Positions 26,801-41,700 of a stretch of 64,000 nucleotides of DNA are shown piece after piece; position 1 is the stretch's first letter, and every line of letters begins with the position of its first letter. A program made the translations under genes and the position numbers. The DNA lies in contig OZ024747.1 of NCBI GenBank assembly GCA_964016885.1, forward strand, positions 69,998,001 through 70,062,000, given 5' to 3'. The notes beneath the pieces are model-generated. The model was not told where the DNA came from. It did no database searches and was given only the letters and a program-made list of their open reading frames with translations. The DNA is from Eledone cirrhosa (Eukaryota).

Positions 26801-27457
26801 AGAGGGATCAGATGTTGTTTACTCGAGAGAAGGCTACGTTGGTATGGACACGTGATGCGCATGAAAGTCGATAGCTGTATAACAAAGTGCAGGGCAATAA
26901 AGATAGACGGTAGCCACGGAATAGGCAGACCTAGAAAAACCTGGGACGAGCTGATAAACTCCGACCTCACACACTTACACCTCTCCAAGACAATGTCACT
27001 GGACCGAGACCTTTGGCGGTACTCAGTAACAGAGAAGACCCGCCTTACCTAAATACATAGTAAAACCTACTACAGCCAGTAGGCATCTCTAACAAAATAC
27101 CCCCCCCCCCGTCCCACCACCACCACCCCCACCCCATCCACATCACCCCGTTCTATGTAAAGTTATGTTGGTGCCACACCATCGAGGCCGAAACAAATGA
27201 GATCGTGTAGGTATCACGACAAAAAAACACACAGTCCACGCTGTAATGTGGCCGTGTAGGCAACATGGTAAAAACCTCCCAGTCCACACTGTAAACGTGG
27301 TTGGTGTTAGGAAGGGCATCCAGCTGTAGAAAACCTGCCAGACAGTCCTATGCGAGCAAGACAATCACTCTTGCCTCAAGTGGGACTACCCCCGTCCAAA
27401 CCCATGCAAGCGTGGAACACGGACGTTAAACGTTGATGATGATAATGATGATGATGA
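23836..27457 (+). mobile_element. Near full-length RTE-clade LINE
   Basis: APE plus RT ORF, about 400-bp 3' UTR, (GAT)n tail. Confidence 0.95.
24010..27052 (+). pseudogene. RTE APE-RT polyprotein, disrupted
   Basis: NVGTL, IQETRW, GDLNGHVG, SQVDYIL, QFGF, FVDLEKAFD, GVHQGSVLSP, YADD (26096), RLRWYGHV; TGA at 24169 and frameshifts near 25897, 26548 and 26774. Confidence 0.92.
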
Positions 27458-27499
27458 TATATATGTGTGTCATCATTTATACGTCCGCTGTTCTCTGCT

Positions 27500-27548
<49 letters not shown>

Positions 27549-27837
27549 TATATATCATCATCATCATCATCACCATTTTACGTCCGTTCTTCCACGCTAG
27601 CATGGGTTATATATATATATACATTATATATATATGTATATATATATGTGTGTGTGTGTGTATATATATATATAAATATATATATATAACTCATTATTGC
27701 GTTGGTGAATAGGAGAGAAAAATATAGACTAAACTTCTTGAAAGTGATAGCAGCTAAACGTCTCTGACATTTTATTTTGATCCCTAAAACTGATATGATC
27801 CCTAAAACTGATATGATCCCTAAAATTGATAATAACA

Positions 27838-29220
27838 TCATCATCATCATTTTTATGTCCATTTTTCCACACTCCTCGATCTAGGAGTGCGGGTGAGGGT
27901 GGGGTTTAGGATGTGGGGAGGGTGTTAAAACATGGGAGGTGTATTGAAGGGGTGATGGAGGTGAAGGTGGTCCATACTAGATGTATGCTTCAACACATGC
28001 ACATAGGAAGACAGGTCTTCTGTATTACTGCATATTAATGGTCCCATGTCATCACCTTTGAGAGGTGCAATTATGCAAGGTAAGCCTTTATCACCTCATC
28101 CCAAGTTTTACTAGGTCTTCCTTCTTGAACACCCTCCTCAATTGCTTATTTGGTCATCCAGGCCACAAAACTTCTACTGAGCCCACTTGGCATTTGAAGG
28201 AGATAGCATCTTGTGAGCTCTTGCTATTTACTGCACCTGTACATCAACCACATATAAAATCTCTTCTCTAATTCTGCCATAAATTCTGCTATAAAAGTTA
28301 GGTCATCTGCATAGAGAAGTTATCATGGGCAGCCAGTCTTAAACTCTTTCATTATAGCCTGCAGGGTGATAATAAAGAATTTAACATGCAGGTCGGTGTC
28401 CTGGTGGACACTAAGCTGCATGTTAAATTCTTTGCTATAGTCATTCTTAATTCTAACCTTCCTCTTTGTTCCTCTATACATGGCTTGTACAGCCCTCACA
28501 ATCCACTTGTCAACTCCTAGTTTTCTAAGAGCCCACCAGATAATGGAATGATGGTCGCTGTCAAAAACTTTCTCCAGGTCAACAAATGCCAAGTAGAGGT
28601 GTTTACGTTTAGTTAGGTACTTCTTCTGCAGTTGCCTCACATGGATGAGGGAATCCATGGTACTTTTACATGGCAAACTGCATCTCAACTAGGTTAATTC
28701 AATCCCTAATCAGCTGTGCTATAACTCTCTGTGACCTTCATCACCTAGTCAACTAACACAATATAGTTTTCTCTGTCAAGAGCATCTTTGCTATTGCACA
28801 GTTGATAATGTTGCTGCTACACCACTCATTGGGTATGACACTATTTTGTAATAATAGGTTTACAATATGGGTGACTATCATGTGACCCACCATCCCAGAT
28901 CATTTCAGCATCTCTGCAACTATTCCCGAATGTTCAGCTGCCTTATCTGTCTTCATACCCTAGATTACCTTACTTGCTATACTTCTGTTCACTTGTACAG
29001 CTGGTCCCTATGTTGGGTCAAGTTGGGGCAAACTATTTTTTTCCAAGCATTCTCCTCGTTTAGTAATTTTTCATAGTGGCACTTCAGTGTCAGTGAGGGC
29101 AAGCATGTCATTATCATCTCGGACACACTTCTCCCCACCAACATCACAAGTTTCTCTGTCTGACACACTGCCTTACAATCCTGACCACTTCACACCTTTG
29201 ACCTTCATGCTGCAAAACAG
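27838..29220 (-). mobile_element. Older, internally deleted RTE copy
   Basis: VRQLQKKYL...LYLAFVDLEKVFD...IIWWALRKLGVDKW. Confidence 0.85.
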
Positions 29221-29274
29221 TCTTATTTTTTTTTATTTTTTGCTTCCCTATATATAGTAATAATAGTAATAATA

Positions 29275-29791
29275 GTAATAATAATAAATGTGAAGACTAA
29301 AATCCAAAGAGGACTCGATAAGGATAAATATATATCAAATATAGAAAAAACCATAGAGCAAATATTTATTAAAATAACAGATTAAAGTTTAAGCAAAGAA
29401 TCGCTGTTTTCAGGTGCAATACTGATTCTTTGTTCCCTATTTATTATTATTATTATTATAATATATAATATTATTATAATATATATATGGTGGTGGATTG
29501 GCAGTATCGATAGAGGGTCAGGCGCCATGCTTTGAAGCATAGAGTTACCTCCCTTTATGATCTGAGTTCAAATCCCGCCGAGGTTAACTTTGCCTTTCAT
29601 CCTTACGGGGTCGATAAAATAATGCACTGGAATAATTGCTGGCCTGGTGCCAAAAGTAGAAACTATTATAATATATATATATATATATATATTTTAATAA
29701 ATATTTGCTCTATGGTTCTTATATATTTGATATATACTTATCCTTATCGAGCCCTCTTTGAATTTTAGTCTTCAAATTTATTATTATTACT
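29275..29791. repeat. Inverted repeat, arms about 100 bp, enclosing a SINE
   Basis: 29275-29376 vs 29691-29791; partial third copy at 23660-23722. Confidence 0.8.
29488..29668 (+). mobile_element. tRNA-derived SINE family 1
   Basis: B box gagttcaaatcc and family core. Confidence 0.85.
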
Positions 29792-31459
29792 ATATATATA
29801 TATATTACAGAAACAAGGATAAAAGGAAAGCCAAGATGGACAATAAATGGAAGTAATAGATATAGATTATGTTCCAAATATATTGCAAGTCAAATTATTC
29901 AGGGAAAAAAAAAATATAATTAATCATGAGTGAGTAAGACTTGGGGACATCTTGAAGTGGGTCTTTAAAGAATTACCAAGATTGGAGGTGCAATCACATA
30001 TTTATATATTTATTTATACTTATTTAATCAATTTAAACATCCATTTAGATAGTACGGCATATATATATACACACATATATATATATATATAAATATACAT
30101 ATATATATACGCACACACAGAAATGTTTGTATGTATGTATATATGTGTGTGTGTGGGTGGGTGTGCATGTATATATGCATATATATCTATGTGTATATAA
30201 TTTTTCATAAATATATTTAACTAAATCCGGGTAGAAGATAAATATTTACAGTCAGGAAAATCTGCTTGCAATTGTTATATAGAAGCTTAGCAAAGCTGAA
30301 CACACAGACATAAAACTAGTATATGGTTGAGAGGAATCTAAATAGCTTTAGGTGTATATACATAGATGGATAAAGTGGGGAGGGTGGATTGTTTGAGTGG
30401 TAGATGTAGATATTGATAGATTCATACATCATATAGAGAGTAATAAATAACTATATAGATGGATGCATGAATGGATTGTTAGGACTGAGAAACAGACAAA
30501 TATATCTTAAGGTCAAGTCTATGAGTGTGTGTATGTGTGTGTGAGTATATGTGTGTATGCAGAGAGGGGGTACAAGTGTGTATTTGTTTAATTCTGTCTG
30601 TGTGTGTAACAGATATATAGAGTAATAAGCAGACAAATACAGAGGTGGGTAGATATATATTAAGATTAAAAGAGAGATAGATGAACAGATAGACATATCT
30701 AGATAGATAAATATGTAGATAGATGCATGGATGGATAGATTGATAGTTAATGAAGTGTGCACGTGGATTAGCATATACAATTAATCCTTAGTGCTTGTAT
30801 CTACAATATTCAGTCAATTGTCAATCAATATAATTTTTTCTTTTCTATGTATACATGGGTTTCATTATAGTATCGAACTCACAAACATATAATATGAGAT
30901 TTCAAGTGCCCATATTTAATACTAATGAATACTGCTGAGAACTCTAAAAACTAATCTTTAATGTTGACAGAGAGATATGTGTGTGTGTGTGTTAGAAACA
31001 TTGTAATGTCTAGAGACTGTATAAAATATATCAAATATTCATTTCAATATGTAACTTTGTGTCTCATTTGCTCTTTTTGGGGTAAGGCTTCTAAAACTGG
31101 ATACCATTTCTAATGCCAATCAATTTACAGAGTGTGCTAGGTGCATTCGATTGTTTTTATTCTGGCTACTATGTTTCTAGTTGCAATACATTTATAGTTT
31201 TGTAAGTGTGTAGATCCAAAACTGTAATGGCATTCATTTATCAGGAAGATGAACAAGAGTGGATCATTAAGTATTTTTTAAATCAGTTAAATACATGTAA
31301 ATATTTATTTGATTTACAAAGCACTGGGAAATTTGAAATTTGAAAATGTAGTTATCCCATACATCTCCCATATGCCAGCAAATGAGAGATGTGTATCTTG
31401 TTTCCTTGTAGATCTCTGTTTAGATTTTTTCCATATGCAAGGGTACATTATCTGCTTTT

Positions 31460-31649
31460 TGGTGGATTGGCAGTATCAGTAGAGGGTCGGACGCCATGCT
31501 TTGCAGCAAAGAGTTACGGCCCTTTATGGTCTGAGTTCAAATCCCGCCGTGGTTAACTTTGCCTTTCATCCTTACGGGGTCGATAAAATAAAGTACCAGT
31601 AATACACTGGGATAATTGCTGGCCTTGTGCCAAAAGTAGGAACAATTAT
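31460..31649 (+). mobile_element. tRNA-derived SINE family 1 (reference copy)
   Basis: A-box-like tggcagtatcagtag, B box gagttcaaatcc, core ttaactttgcctttcatccttacggggtcgataaa. Confidence 0.88.
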
Positions 31650-33062
31650 TTACAGTGATAAGCTATTGTTATTCTTATATAATTACTTAGACTGGGATGA
31701 CTATATTTCCAAATTTTAAGTTAAATAATTATGTATATCTTTCATATCTGTATTGATATGGTAGTTGTAACTTTTCTTTCTAGATAAAGAGCACTATTTC
31801 CAAGACTAAGATCATATAGTGAACATCCTTTCAGATACTTGATTATTTTCAAAATTATTTCAAAATCAATGGTAGAATCTTGCATTAGAAATATGGTAAC
31901 AAAAGTATTAAAGTGTTTGTAATTATCTAAAAACCTACCTATAATGTAAGAACATTTGTTAACATGTTCCAAACACCAACTTTATAATGAGAATTCTTGA
32001 TTATTTTCAAAATTATTTGAAATAGGTAAAATTATAGGTAAAATTAAAGGTTATCCATGAATTGTTAGCTAAATGGTGTGTAAAATTATGAATCATGGGT
32101 AAATTAATTGGTAAAATGGTTGCTGTAATCATGAATCATAGGTAAAACGGATGATCTTGGGGAAAATAGTGAGTAAGTCATGAATCATGGGTAAAATCAT
32201 GAATCATGGGTAAATTGGTAGCCAGTCATCATACCCTCTCCCACAAGCCACTTTATATCTATCATACTATCTTACCATATCCATCTCTATTACTATGCAT
32301 CAATCACTGTCTCTTTTTGTTTTTTTATACCTGTTCCATTATTCCCTCTAGCACTCTCTCCGATTACTCGTTATCTACCACTCTCTCGTCTCAGTTAATC
32401 TGTCTCTCCTATCATATTATTGCTTCCTTCAGCCATTCACCCAGATTCCTTTTTGTCATTGTTCTCTCTTCCATTTCTCTCCCTGGTCACATTGCCTATG
32501 TTGAGTAGTGACTACTCTCTAATCTTGCCAGACTCCAGGGAAACTCACTATTGATACATCAAAATGCACTCTAAAATATTTGTGGGAAATGAGCATTGAC
32601 AGCATTCACTTGAGAAGAATCCTTAGCACTGACTAGTACATAACAACCGCCCTGGTGTTGGTACCATAAAATTAACTCAGTAGAATCTGTAAAGTTTTGT
32701 GTTAGGAACTATATTCTAACTACATTAACCATGCCACAAACACAATGCTGAAACAAAACGATTTGAAATGAAACATCTAGAAGGGAAGTAGTTTCAAATA
32801 AGAAATGACTTGAACCATAAATATCTGTTCAGCCTCTGCCAGCCATAATGGATAAGATGATGATGATTATGATACACACACACATATACATAGACATACA
32901 CACTCATACATATATACATACACACACATATACATAGACATACACACACACATATACATAGACATACACACACATACACATATACATACACACACATATA
33001 CATAGACATACACACACATACAGATGCACACACATACACACACATATACATAGACATACACA

Positions 33063-33104
<42 letters not shown>

Positions 33105-33915
33105 TAGACATACACACATACACAGACATATACACGTATGCTCACATGTATATATTTATATACAATAAACACACATAACATATACAAATAAATACATATG
33201 TCCGACATACATGAGGATACAATGATTGATTGAGTGGTCAGAAAGAGAGAGAAAACAAAAAAAAGATCGGCAGATAGAAAATGTATTATATAAATGATGG
33301 CGTGAATGGATGCATTGGTAACATGTTTGGGGAGAATAGTCACAAATATGGATGAATTTGTCAATAGGTAAATAAACAGGTAGACCAATCAGTATATGAA
33401 TAAATTTATGGGAAATTTAATGATTGACTGAATAAGATTGTATGGTTAAGGATATAGATAAATACCTATGAGGTCTGGATGGATGCATTATTAAGTAATT
33501 TGTTGAATCACACAATATAAATGTAAATTAACTGAGAAACAAAATAGTAGTGGTAACATTATTAAGGTATTCAGCATAAACTTGGTCAGTTTGTAATCTT
33601 AAATATAATCAACGATATAGAGAAGGTTAGTTAGGTGTCCAGAATTAATGCCCTTAATGTCAAGTCCACCAACGAGAAAATTTAGAAAGTATTTGATTAG
33701 TTGAAGCAGATGTTCAGTAAATGTATTGAGACAGCATCTTATATAACAGAATCACTATCTATTATTCAATGGACGTTTACCAAATTTTTCTGTCCATGTT
33801 CACTTGTGTTCAGACAAATTGGCATTGATAATTTTGCCCCTTAGTTAAACAGTATGTGTCTGTTTCTCTCAGAAATAAGTATTGACTGATTTACAGTTAT
33901 TGATTTTTGTATGTG

Positions 33916-33947
<32 letters not shown>

Positions 33948-33959
33948 TGTATGTATGTA

Positions 33960-34340
33960 TAGGCAGAATTCTAGGAGAAGGAAAACTCTGATATAACACC
34001 TGCAACCCTGATGGTATCCAAGGATGTTGACTTGTTCTTCTTTTTGGTAAATATCATCTTGGTTAAGAGAGTGGGACTGGCTTTGTGCAGTGCCTTTGCT
34101 CACTATAAAAGCTTCACGGCACAGGCATTGCTTTATATCTGGAGATCTCTCTGCACTTGTCGTCACATGGTACCATGGGCCGAGCACTATGTGTCAATAA
34201 TTGTCACAAGTGTAGTGTTTGTACCAGAGTTTTCAAGTCGCTGGCTGGACTAAAAAGTCACACTTGTTCAGCGCATCGGTAGGGGTTCTCCTACATGGAT
34301 ATAAAGTAGTGGCCGTACTCGAAAACGAGTTGGCAGCCAC
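33960..34340 (-). mobile_element. Possible decayed REL-type (Hero-like) non-LTR remnant
   Basis: Weak resemblance to WRHDQVLRE and VGCRG motifs; flanked by (GTAT)n. Confidence 0.3.
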
Positions 34341-35128
34341 CATGTATGTATGTATGTATGTATGTATGTATATATATATGTATGTATGTACGTATGTATG
34401 TATGTATGTATGTGTGTGTATGTATTTCACACAATTCCATCCATTATATCAAATATATATGAATAGAAAAAGGAAAAAATTCTAAAATTTCAAACTTTCT
34501 TTGAATTAATCAAATTTAGATTTCCAAAAAGATTTTGGTATTTAGTTGCAATGTTTACACCAATTGTTTAAAATACCAAATGTTTGAATGCATTATGCTT
34601 TAGGCACAAAATACCTGTGCCTCACTCAAGCCTTTATAATGTATATACCACAGCAGTGATCAGTGACTGTAAAAATAGTAGATGATTCTCTTGCAGACTG
34701 TCACATTTGTGTAATTATGTTACGTTTAGTGTTATTCAACTACTCCATGCTGGTTTCTGACTCACTGGCTAATATAATACAACTGCCCAGTAATTCCAGT
34801 TGTAAATTTATGACTCATCTAGCCATAAGCACTACTACCAAAACTGTACTGTCCCCCATATTAAACCTGTACAAGTTATAAAGGAAATCCCAACAGTATT
34901 GTTCATTATAATTGTGGTCTTGTGCTTATATTAGATATCAATATTGTTCATTATCATAAGAGCGATTTCTGTTTTAATAATGGCAGTATATGTTTTAATG
35001 ATTTTATATATTATTTAGTCATAAAAATAATTTTAACAAATATAGTGACATGCCTAACAATTTTTTATTTGATTGTTATAAAAGTTTGAGGAATTACCTT
35101 CTTTTTCAGAAAAATATCTTTAAAATGT

Positions 35129-35401
35129 TTAACCATTTAGCATTTAAACCAGCCATATCCAGCCACAATTCGCTCACCTCTTTCTGTTTAAACCGGCTGT
35201 AACTGGCCACTCATGCTTATATTAAGATATTGTTCTCAAAATAAATAATATCAAAATCTCATATTTATGTGGGATAATAATATTATTAATTATATAATTA
35301 TCCCACATAATCGATATTATGTGTGATAATTATGTTAGATAAAGTATTTACCATGAAAATACAATAGTAAATATAGAGTAATGTAAATGTTAAAGCGTTA
35401 A
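35129..35401. mobile_element. piggyBac-type MITE
   Basis: TTAA at both ends, decayed CCCTTTAG-type TIRs; inverted homologue of 63467-63706. Confidence 0.7.
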
Positions 35402-35410
35402 TAACAATAA

Positions 35411-35732
35411 TAATTGTTTCTACTATAGGCACAAGGCCAGCAATTTGGGGGGAGGGAAAAGTCGATTAAATCGAGCCCAGTGCATTATGGGTACTTTATT
35501 TTATCGATCCCATAAGGATGAAAGGCAAAGCTAACCTCGGCAGGATTTGAACTCAGAACATAAAGGGTCATAATTATGCCACTAAGCATGTTGTCTGACG
35601 TCCTCTTGATACTGCCAACCCACTGCCCTTTTAATAATAATGATTGTTTCTACTTTTGGCACAAGGCTAGCAATTATCCCATTGCATTACTGGTACTTTA
35701 TTTGTTCAACCCCGTAAGGATGAAAAACAAAA
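35411..35732 (-). mobile_element. SINE family 1, one full and one partial copy
   Basis: About 35411-35628 and 35642-35732. Confidence 0.85.
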
Positions 35733-36006
35733 TAATATTAAACTGTTATCTGAGAAATTCAGAGATGCTTGGAATTAGCAAATAGGAGTAAAAAGATTTT
35801 GCTTAGTAAATTTTTCAATACTTTCTGATAAAGATTAAGTTGACATCATTAGAGTTTAATTCTTTCATAGACGTATAATTTATTTTATTATTTTGCAATA
35901 TTTATTTATTTCAAATAGAAAGGTCAATGTTTTAGCAGTAAGGGTATGATTGGGTAAATTTACCCCACTAACATTACTAGTTACCTAGCTCTTATTGATC
36001 CTAGAG

Positions 36007-36298
36007 CAGTGATTCCCAATGTGGGGTGCATGCCCCACAGGGGAGCAATTTGAATGATGTTAATAAGAGCAAACTTCAGGTTTTACCTTGTTACCTTTAT
36101 ACCAAGTCTACTTTGGAACAAATTACTGTCGGAAACTCCTGTCTCACCTCCTCCACACATATTATTGTGCATCTGGCATCATCCATACGCCAGTTTGTTT
36201 ACACTTTGCAGTTGATCATAGCTGGTTTCATATCAAAGGGTGGCATAAAAATGAGATGTTGAGGTGGGACATGAGGCACAAAAGATTGGGAACCACTG
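36007..36298. mobile_element. hAT-type MITE
   Basis: TIRs CAGTGATTCCCAA / TTGGGAACCACTG; TSD not preserved. Confidence 0.65.
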
Positions 36299-37619
36299 TA
36301 TGGTAAAGATGTCCAAAGCAGATTTAAAATGCAGAATATAGATAGGCAATATTAACTACTGTAAGATATATTGCAATTGATATCAATTTGTCAATAATGT
36401 TAATTAATACAGTTGAGGAATCAAATCACAGAATTGGTAGAGTGTTGCCCAACATGCACATCACTATTTAGCGATGCCTGCTTCCATTCTGATTTTGAAT
36501 CCTGTCAAGTGTAACTTTACCATTTCTCCTTCGGGGAATCAATGAAATTATGATCAGACAAGGATTGGAGCTATTCTGAATTGACTATACCTTTCCTCCA
36601 ACATAAGCCTTGTGCTTATGTTAGAAAATTGTAGTAATTAGTTCAATGATGACAGTGATTGCTAAGACCAAACGAAATGCTTTACATTATAGTGTTTAGT
36701 TTTGCTTTTCTAGATTCCTAATTAAATTCCTGTCAAAGTCAAACTATTCCCCATTCTTCTGGAATCAGAAGCCAATATAATGACTACCAGTAATATATTG
36801 ATGCCGATTTAATTTATCATACAACTCCTTCATTTGCAAAACATTCTTATTTTGCCAAAGCACTCAATGATATTTAGAAGAGAATGATTGCAAGTATTTG
36901 TAAAACTGATATATTTTATATATTAAGAAAATTTACCACAAATATTGCTGGACTTAGTAATTTCCCTCTATATAATGCTAATTAACTCACCATAATTTTC
37001 CTAGAAGACAACTCTTATTTCACTAATTCACACAGGGAACTACTTTCTTTTCTGAAATTCATTACTCACTTAATGAAACAAATCATTATGTTGATTTACT
37101 GAACATGGTTTAATTCAAAGGTAGTATCCCTTCAGTATTAAATGGACATTTCTATGAATAAATTTGTTTTAACACTCTTCAAATTACCATTTAGCCCTTT
37201 GAAGATTACATACATAACAACAGTTTTAATGTAAATTGACTACAGAATGGAATGTTTGTTATACGCAATGCATGGTTTATGGTAGGTGAGAGAAGTGCAA
37301 CTTAACAATTGCTTATTATTACATAAATTTTATTGAATTCTCAAAGTAATTGAAGATAGTTTCTACACAAATATAAAAATAAAATGTATGTACATATACT
37401 TTGGAAGAATAAATATAATTAGATTCATATATATATTAATGCATATGTATATATGTGTGTAGGGATCCGTAATATGTGAGGGTGTCATAGGGCACCATAA
37501 TTACTATTGCATATACATACAAGCATAAATGAATATATGCATGTATATATATATATATAAATATATATAATCATATATGTAAATACAACCACTCTTATCA
37601 AGTCCTCTTTGGATTTTTG

Positions 37620-38725
37620 GCCTAGTATAATTAAAACAGTTAGAGTAATTGACAGAATTATCAAACTCAAAATAGTCATAGGCAATAGGATGACAACAAT
37701 TATCTCAAGCTACACACCACAAAGTAAGGGGAACAAAAGGACTGCTTCTATGAGCAGCTTTTACAAACAACCTCTGTTACAGATGACAGAGACCTTATCG
37801 TCTTAGCTGGTGACTTTAACAGGCATGATCAACAGCACAAGGATGGATACACTGGAGTACATGGTGGATATGATTGTAGCTCCAGAAATGAAGAAGATGT
37901 GAGGCTCCTAGAATTCTGTGATGCAAATGAACTGAATATTTGCAACACTAATTTCAAGAAACCAGCCAGCCACCTGATCACCTAACAATCAAGCAAATAC
38001 ACAAACCAGATTGACTTTTTACTTGTTAAAAACATGACAGGCAGATGATTTTCAATGCTAAATCCATCTCTGGGGAAGAATGCACCACACAACATAAATT
38101 AGTTATTAGTCACATCAGAATAAGCACAAGATGGAACAAGACATGCAGGAAAATATGAAGAAGAAGACTATGGAAGCTAAAGGACCTAACTGTTAAATAT
38201 AGGTTTTGGAAAGCCCTACGTGATGCACATGGTAAGAGGGAAGAGTTAGATATATATTACATAGAAGATAATGGAAAGTTTCTAAAATACAACTTACTAC
38301 AGGCTACTGAGGAGACGTAACTGGAGTAAAGCTCCAACCAGACACAGGGTGACCTGGTGGTGATCAACACTGCGGATAGAGTCGTTAAAGGAAAGAGGGC
38401 TGACATGGAATGACTGGAGAAATGGGTACAGTAATGATCGATATCAAGTAGCTAAAAGAGAAGCTAGACAACAGGTATACATTGCACACAGAGAAACTGA
38501 AACAGGAAGTTATTAAATGTCTTGTGATGTAAGGATCAGAGATGTAGAGTGTTCCACATTGTTAAGCAGTGTGTCCTTGATAATCATGATGTCATTGGAA
38601 AAAAGTGTGTACAAAATGAGACAGGCAAACTCGGTGTCATGGATTCCCAAAAGAAGGAGGTCCATGAATGTGGACAATGGGTGGAGGGAAATGAGGCTAC
38701 TTCTAGCTGACCCAACAGAGAGACT
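37620..38725 (+). mobile_element. Decayed RTE APE region
   Basis: RVIDRIIKLKIV, AGDFN, LLEFCDAN, EECTTQH; colinear with 24260-25390. Confidence 0.85.
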
Positions 38726-41700
38726 TAAAATTTAAACTCAGAACATAATGAAAATTACAGTAAGGAATTTAGTCTGAAGCTAACATTCCTGTCAATCGAC
38801 CATTCTTTAAGATAATTCTATTCTAACTACCTTTAACTCTCAACAGGCCATTTTCAGTTCTTTTCTGCTGTTTGTTTTGTTTTTTTTGTCTTTTGTGTGA
38901 ATGTGATAATTTTCTGGATTGTATTTCATTACAAAATACGATCACACATTCTTCACACACATCATACAATCACCTTATTTCTTTGAGGACTTTTCTTACT
39001 ATAGAGAATACCATATCTTAAATATTGTTCCTACAACTTTTGACACTACACTAATTCTAGTTCAAATTCTAACCAACATTAGTGAAATAGCAATGACTAT
39101 TCAAACCATCACAGAAGTGCATTGCCTGTAGGTCCACACTGTCAAATACATCTGAACATATAGTGCACTTGAAGTGTTAGTTCACTCATGATCTATCTGA
39201 AAAGAGGATGCATTTATTCTGAATCAATTCATTGCACTATCAAAAACAAATACTAACTCCTGTGACCACTTCTCTGTTGCTGTAGGGGGGTTGCCTTGTC
39301 ACGCATTTGGGGATAGTCATTCTTTGTTATCTTACATAATAGTAATAGTAATGATAACAACAACAAAAATAACAACAACCTCAATAATAATAGCTATTTA
39401 CAATCTTTTCTCTCACTCTCAATAAAAGACCAGTCTACTCATTTACTTTTGCACTTAATGGGGATGAGATTCAGTATTAGATATCTTCTGTCTTTCTATT
39501 CTCAAGATATATTTAAGGATTTCATTCACTCAATCTTTAGTTAACAATGACTGTTCTTGATCTCCTTTGTCTCTCCTTTGTAAATTCTTTTTTAATGAAA
39601 TAACTTTTGGAGTAGAAGAAATAACAGCTGTTGTTATAACGATAATGCTTTAATTAGTTTGAGGTATCATCTAGCAGAGTGTTTTTTAATGTGTATACTG
39701 TGGCCCTGGTGGACAGAATAGAGAAGGCGTTTCTCTGGATACGGTGAGGGGGACGCATTGGAAGAGCCAGCTTCTGGGCTCCATTTGGTTATAATAGTGA
39801 GAGATGGGGAGAGAGGGAGAGATGGAAGCAGTAACTATACCAGAATTGCTGAAGTGTTTTGTAGAGTTAAAGGTAAAGTGATTTTACGATAAATAGGTAG
39901 ATAGCCATATATTCTAAGCTAAATGTAACCAATAGTCATATAAAATAGAATTAGTGACTGATTAAGTTTACCATTTAAATATGCCACAGCAGAACACAAA
40001 GAATTGAAACAAATAACATAAGGCATCTTATCTAAAGCTCTAACAATTTGACCAGTCAACTGCTCTATACAGGTATTTTATTTATCTACTGTAGAAGGAT
40101 TTAAGTCAAAGTAGGTCTCAGCAAGATTTGAACTCATAATTAAAGGAGCCAGAATATATACTACAAGGCTCTAATGCTACAATGCTTTCATCAATTCCCC
40201 ACCACAAATTTGCTTAGCTGGTAGTACTTGACTCCACTGATTCTAATCTACACAAATGTAATTCATTGAAGATCTGCTTCAATTCCTCTGTCTTCATTTC
40301 TCTTATAGTTATCCCTAATTTGAAATGTTCTCTTAACTTTATTCTTGAGTCTCTTCTCTCTTTTCCTTTGGTCTAAATTAGTCTGAAAACAGTAAATTTC
40401 TTAATTTTCACTTTTAATACTCACCGACACCAATTTTTCAAACCTCATCTGACAATTCCCTTTTAATCTAAGTGTTCTGCTAATTACAAAGTACCTCCTT
40501 TGATCTATTTAGCTGTAATAAATATATTGATCCTACCCTTAGTTGTTTTCAAAGTTTTCTAATTCCGAACAGAATTTTAGGATCAGAATAATTATCTTAA
40601 ACTATAAGCCAACTTCCTATGTTAACCTAATTGCTAATCCCATTGAAATAGTGTTGGATTTTCCATTTCTATCTGTTGAAATCTATTATGCAGTAACAGA
40701 AATCTAACTGGAATTTGTCAACCAGCTGGAAACGTTTTAGCACATTCAAAAGGTTTTTGCATGCCATTTTCTGCCCTTTAGTTTTCATTTAATAAGACAT
40801 GCATGAGGAGATTGTATTGAAATTCCCATTTGACTATAACAGTTGAGACATCCCCAAGTGTTGGTCTAGATATTGGAACAAACCCGGTTAGCTTACAGAA
40901 GTGTTATAGATTAAAACTAGTATCGATGTAGTTCCTCAATATCAATTTTCCAAACAATGATTAAGTTTGAGCCATCAGTGTAATCAATTGTATTCAATTG
41001 GAGAGCTAATATAATGTCAAACACCATTCAGTAGTTTTTGTTTATGTAGACAAGATAACTATCAATCCAGTTACATTTATATATTAAGCTTGGAGAATTG
41101 CCATATTAGAAATGTTCAAAGGGATAGTAAACACCATACTGGTACTTATTTCTCTCTCATCAATGCAGGCAAAATATCCTTTTTCCATATGTTTAAAGAC
41201 ATTTTACTGACAATCTGGTCTACAAGAGTTATGCATGGCTGTGTGGTTAAGAAGTTCATTTTGCAGCTACATATTTCTGTGTTGGCAGTACCTTGGTCAA
41301 ATAATTTCTTCTATCATAAACTTGGATTGACCAATATGTTGTGAGTAGAATTTTATAGACACACATGTGTGACTGTTTTTGCTTGTCTTTTACTCATGTA
41401 TATTGACAATGTATACAAAGCTCTGCAAAAAAGCTAACAAAAAAAAAGACACTCTGTACAATATTTATTTTGCCTTGAATTGCAGACATACTCTTATCAC
41501 TCTCACTAGAAATACAGTGAACTAACTTGTAATCAACAATTATGAAAAAATATGAAAAAATATGAAAAAAACAAAGGTGTTCATTTTGTGATTATATCCA
41601 TATTTCCAAGCTAGTTTTCTTCTACATGGTGGACACATTCGTGATGCAAACACACCAGAACTTCTTCTGTGATGGTATAAATGGTAATGTGGGCAGCAAA

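Noticed and set aside
27778-27830. Short tandem repeats (18 bp x3 here; also 19791-19848 and 57420-57469) as CRISPR-like
   Set aside because: No spacers and no cas genes; ordinary slippage duplications
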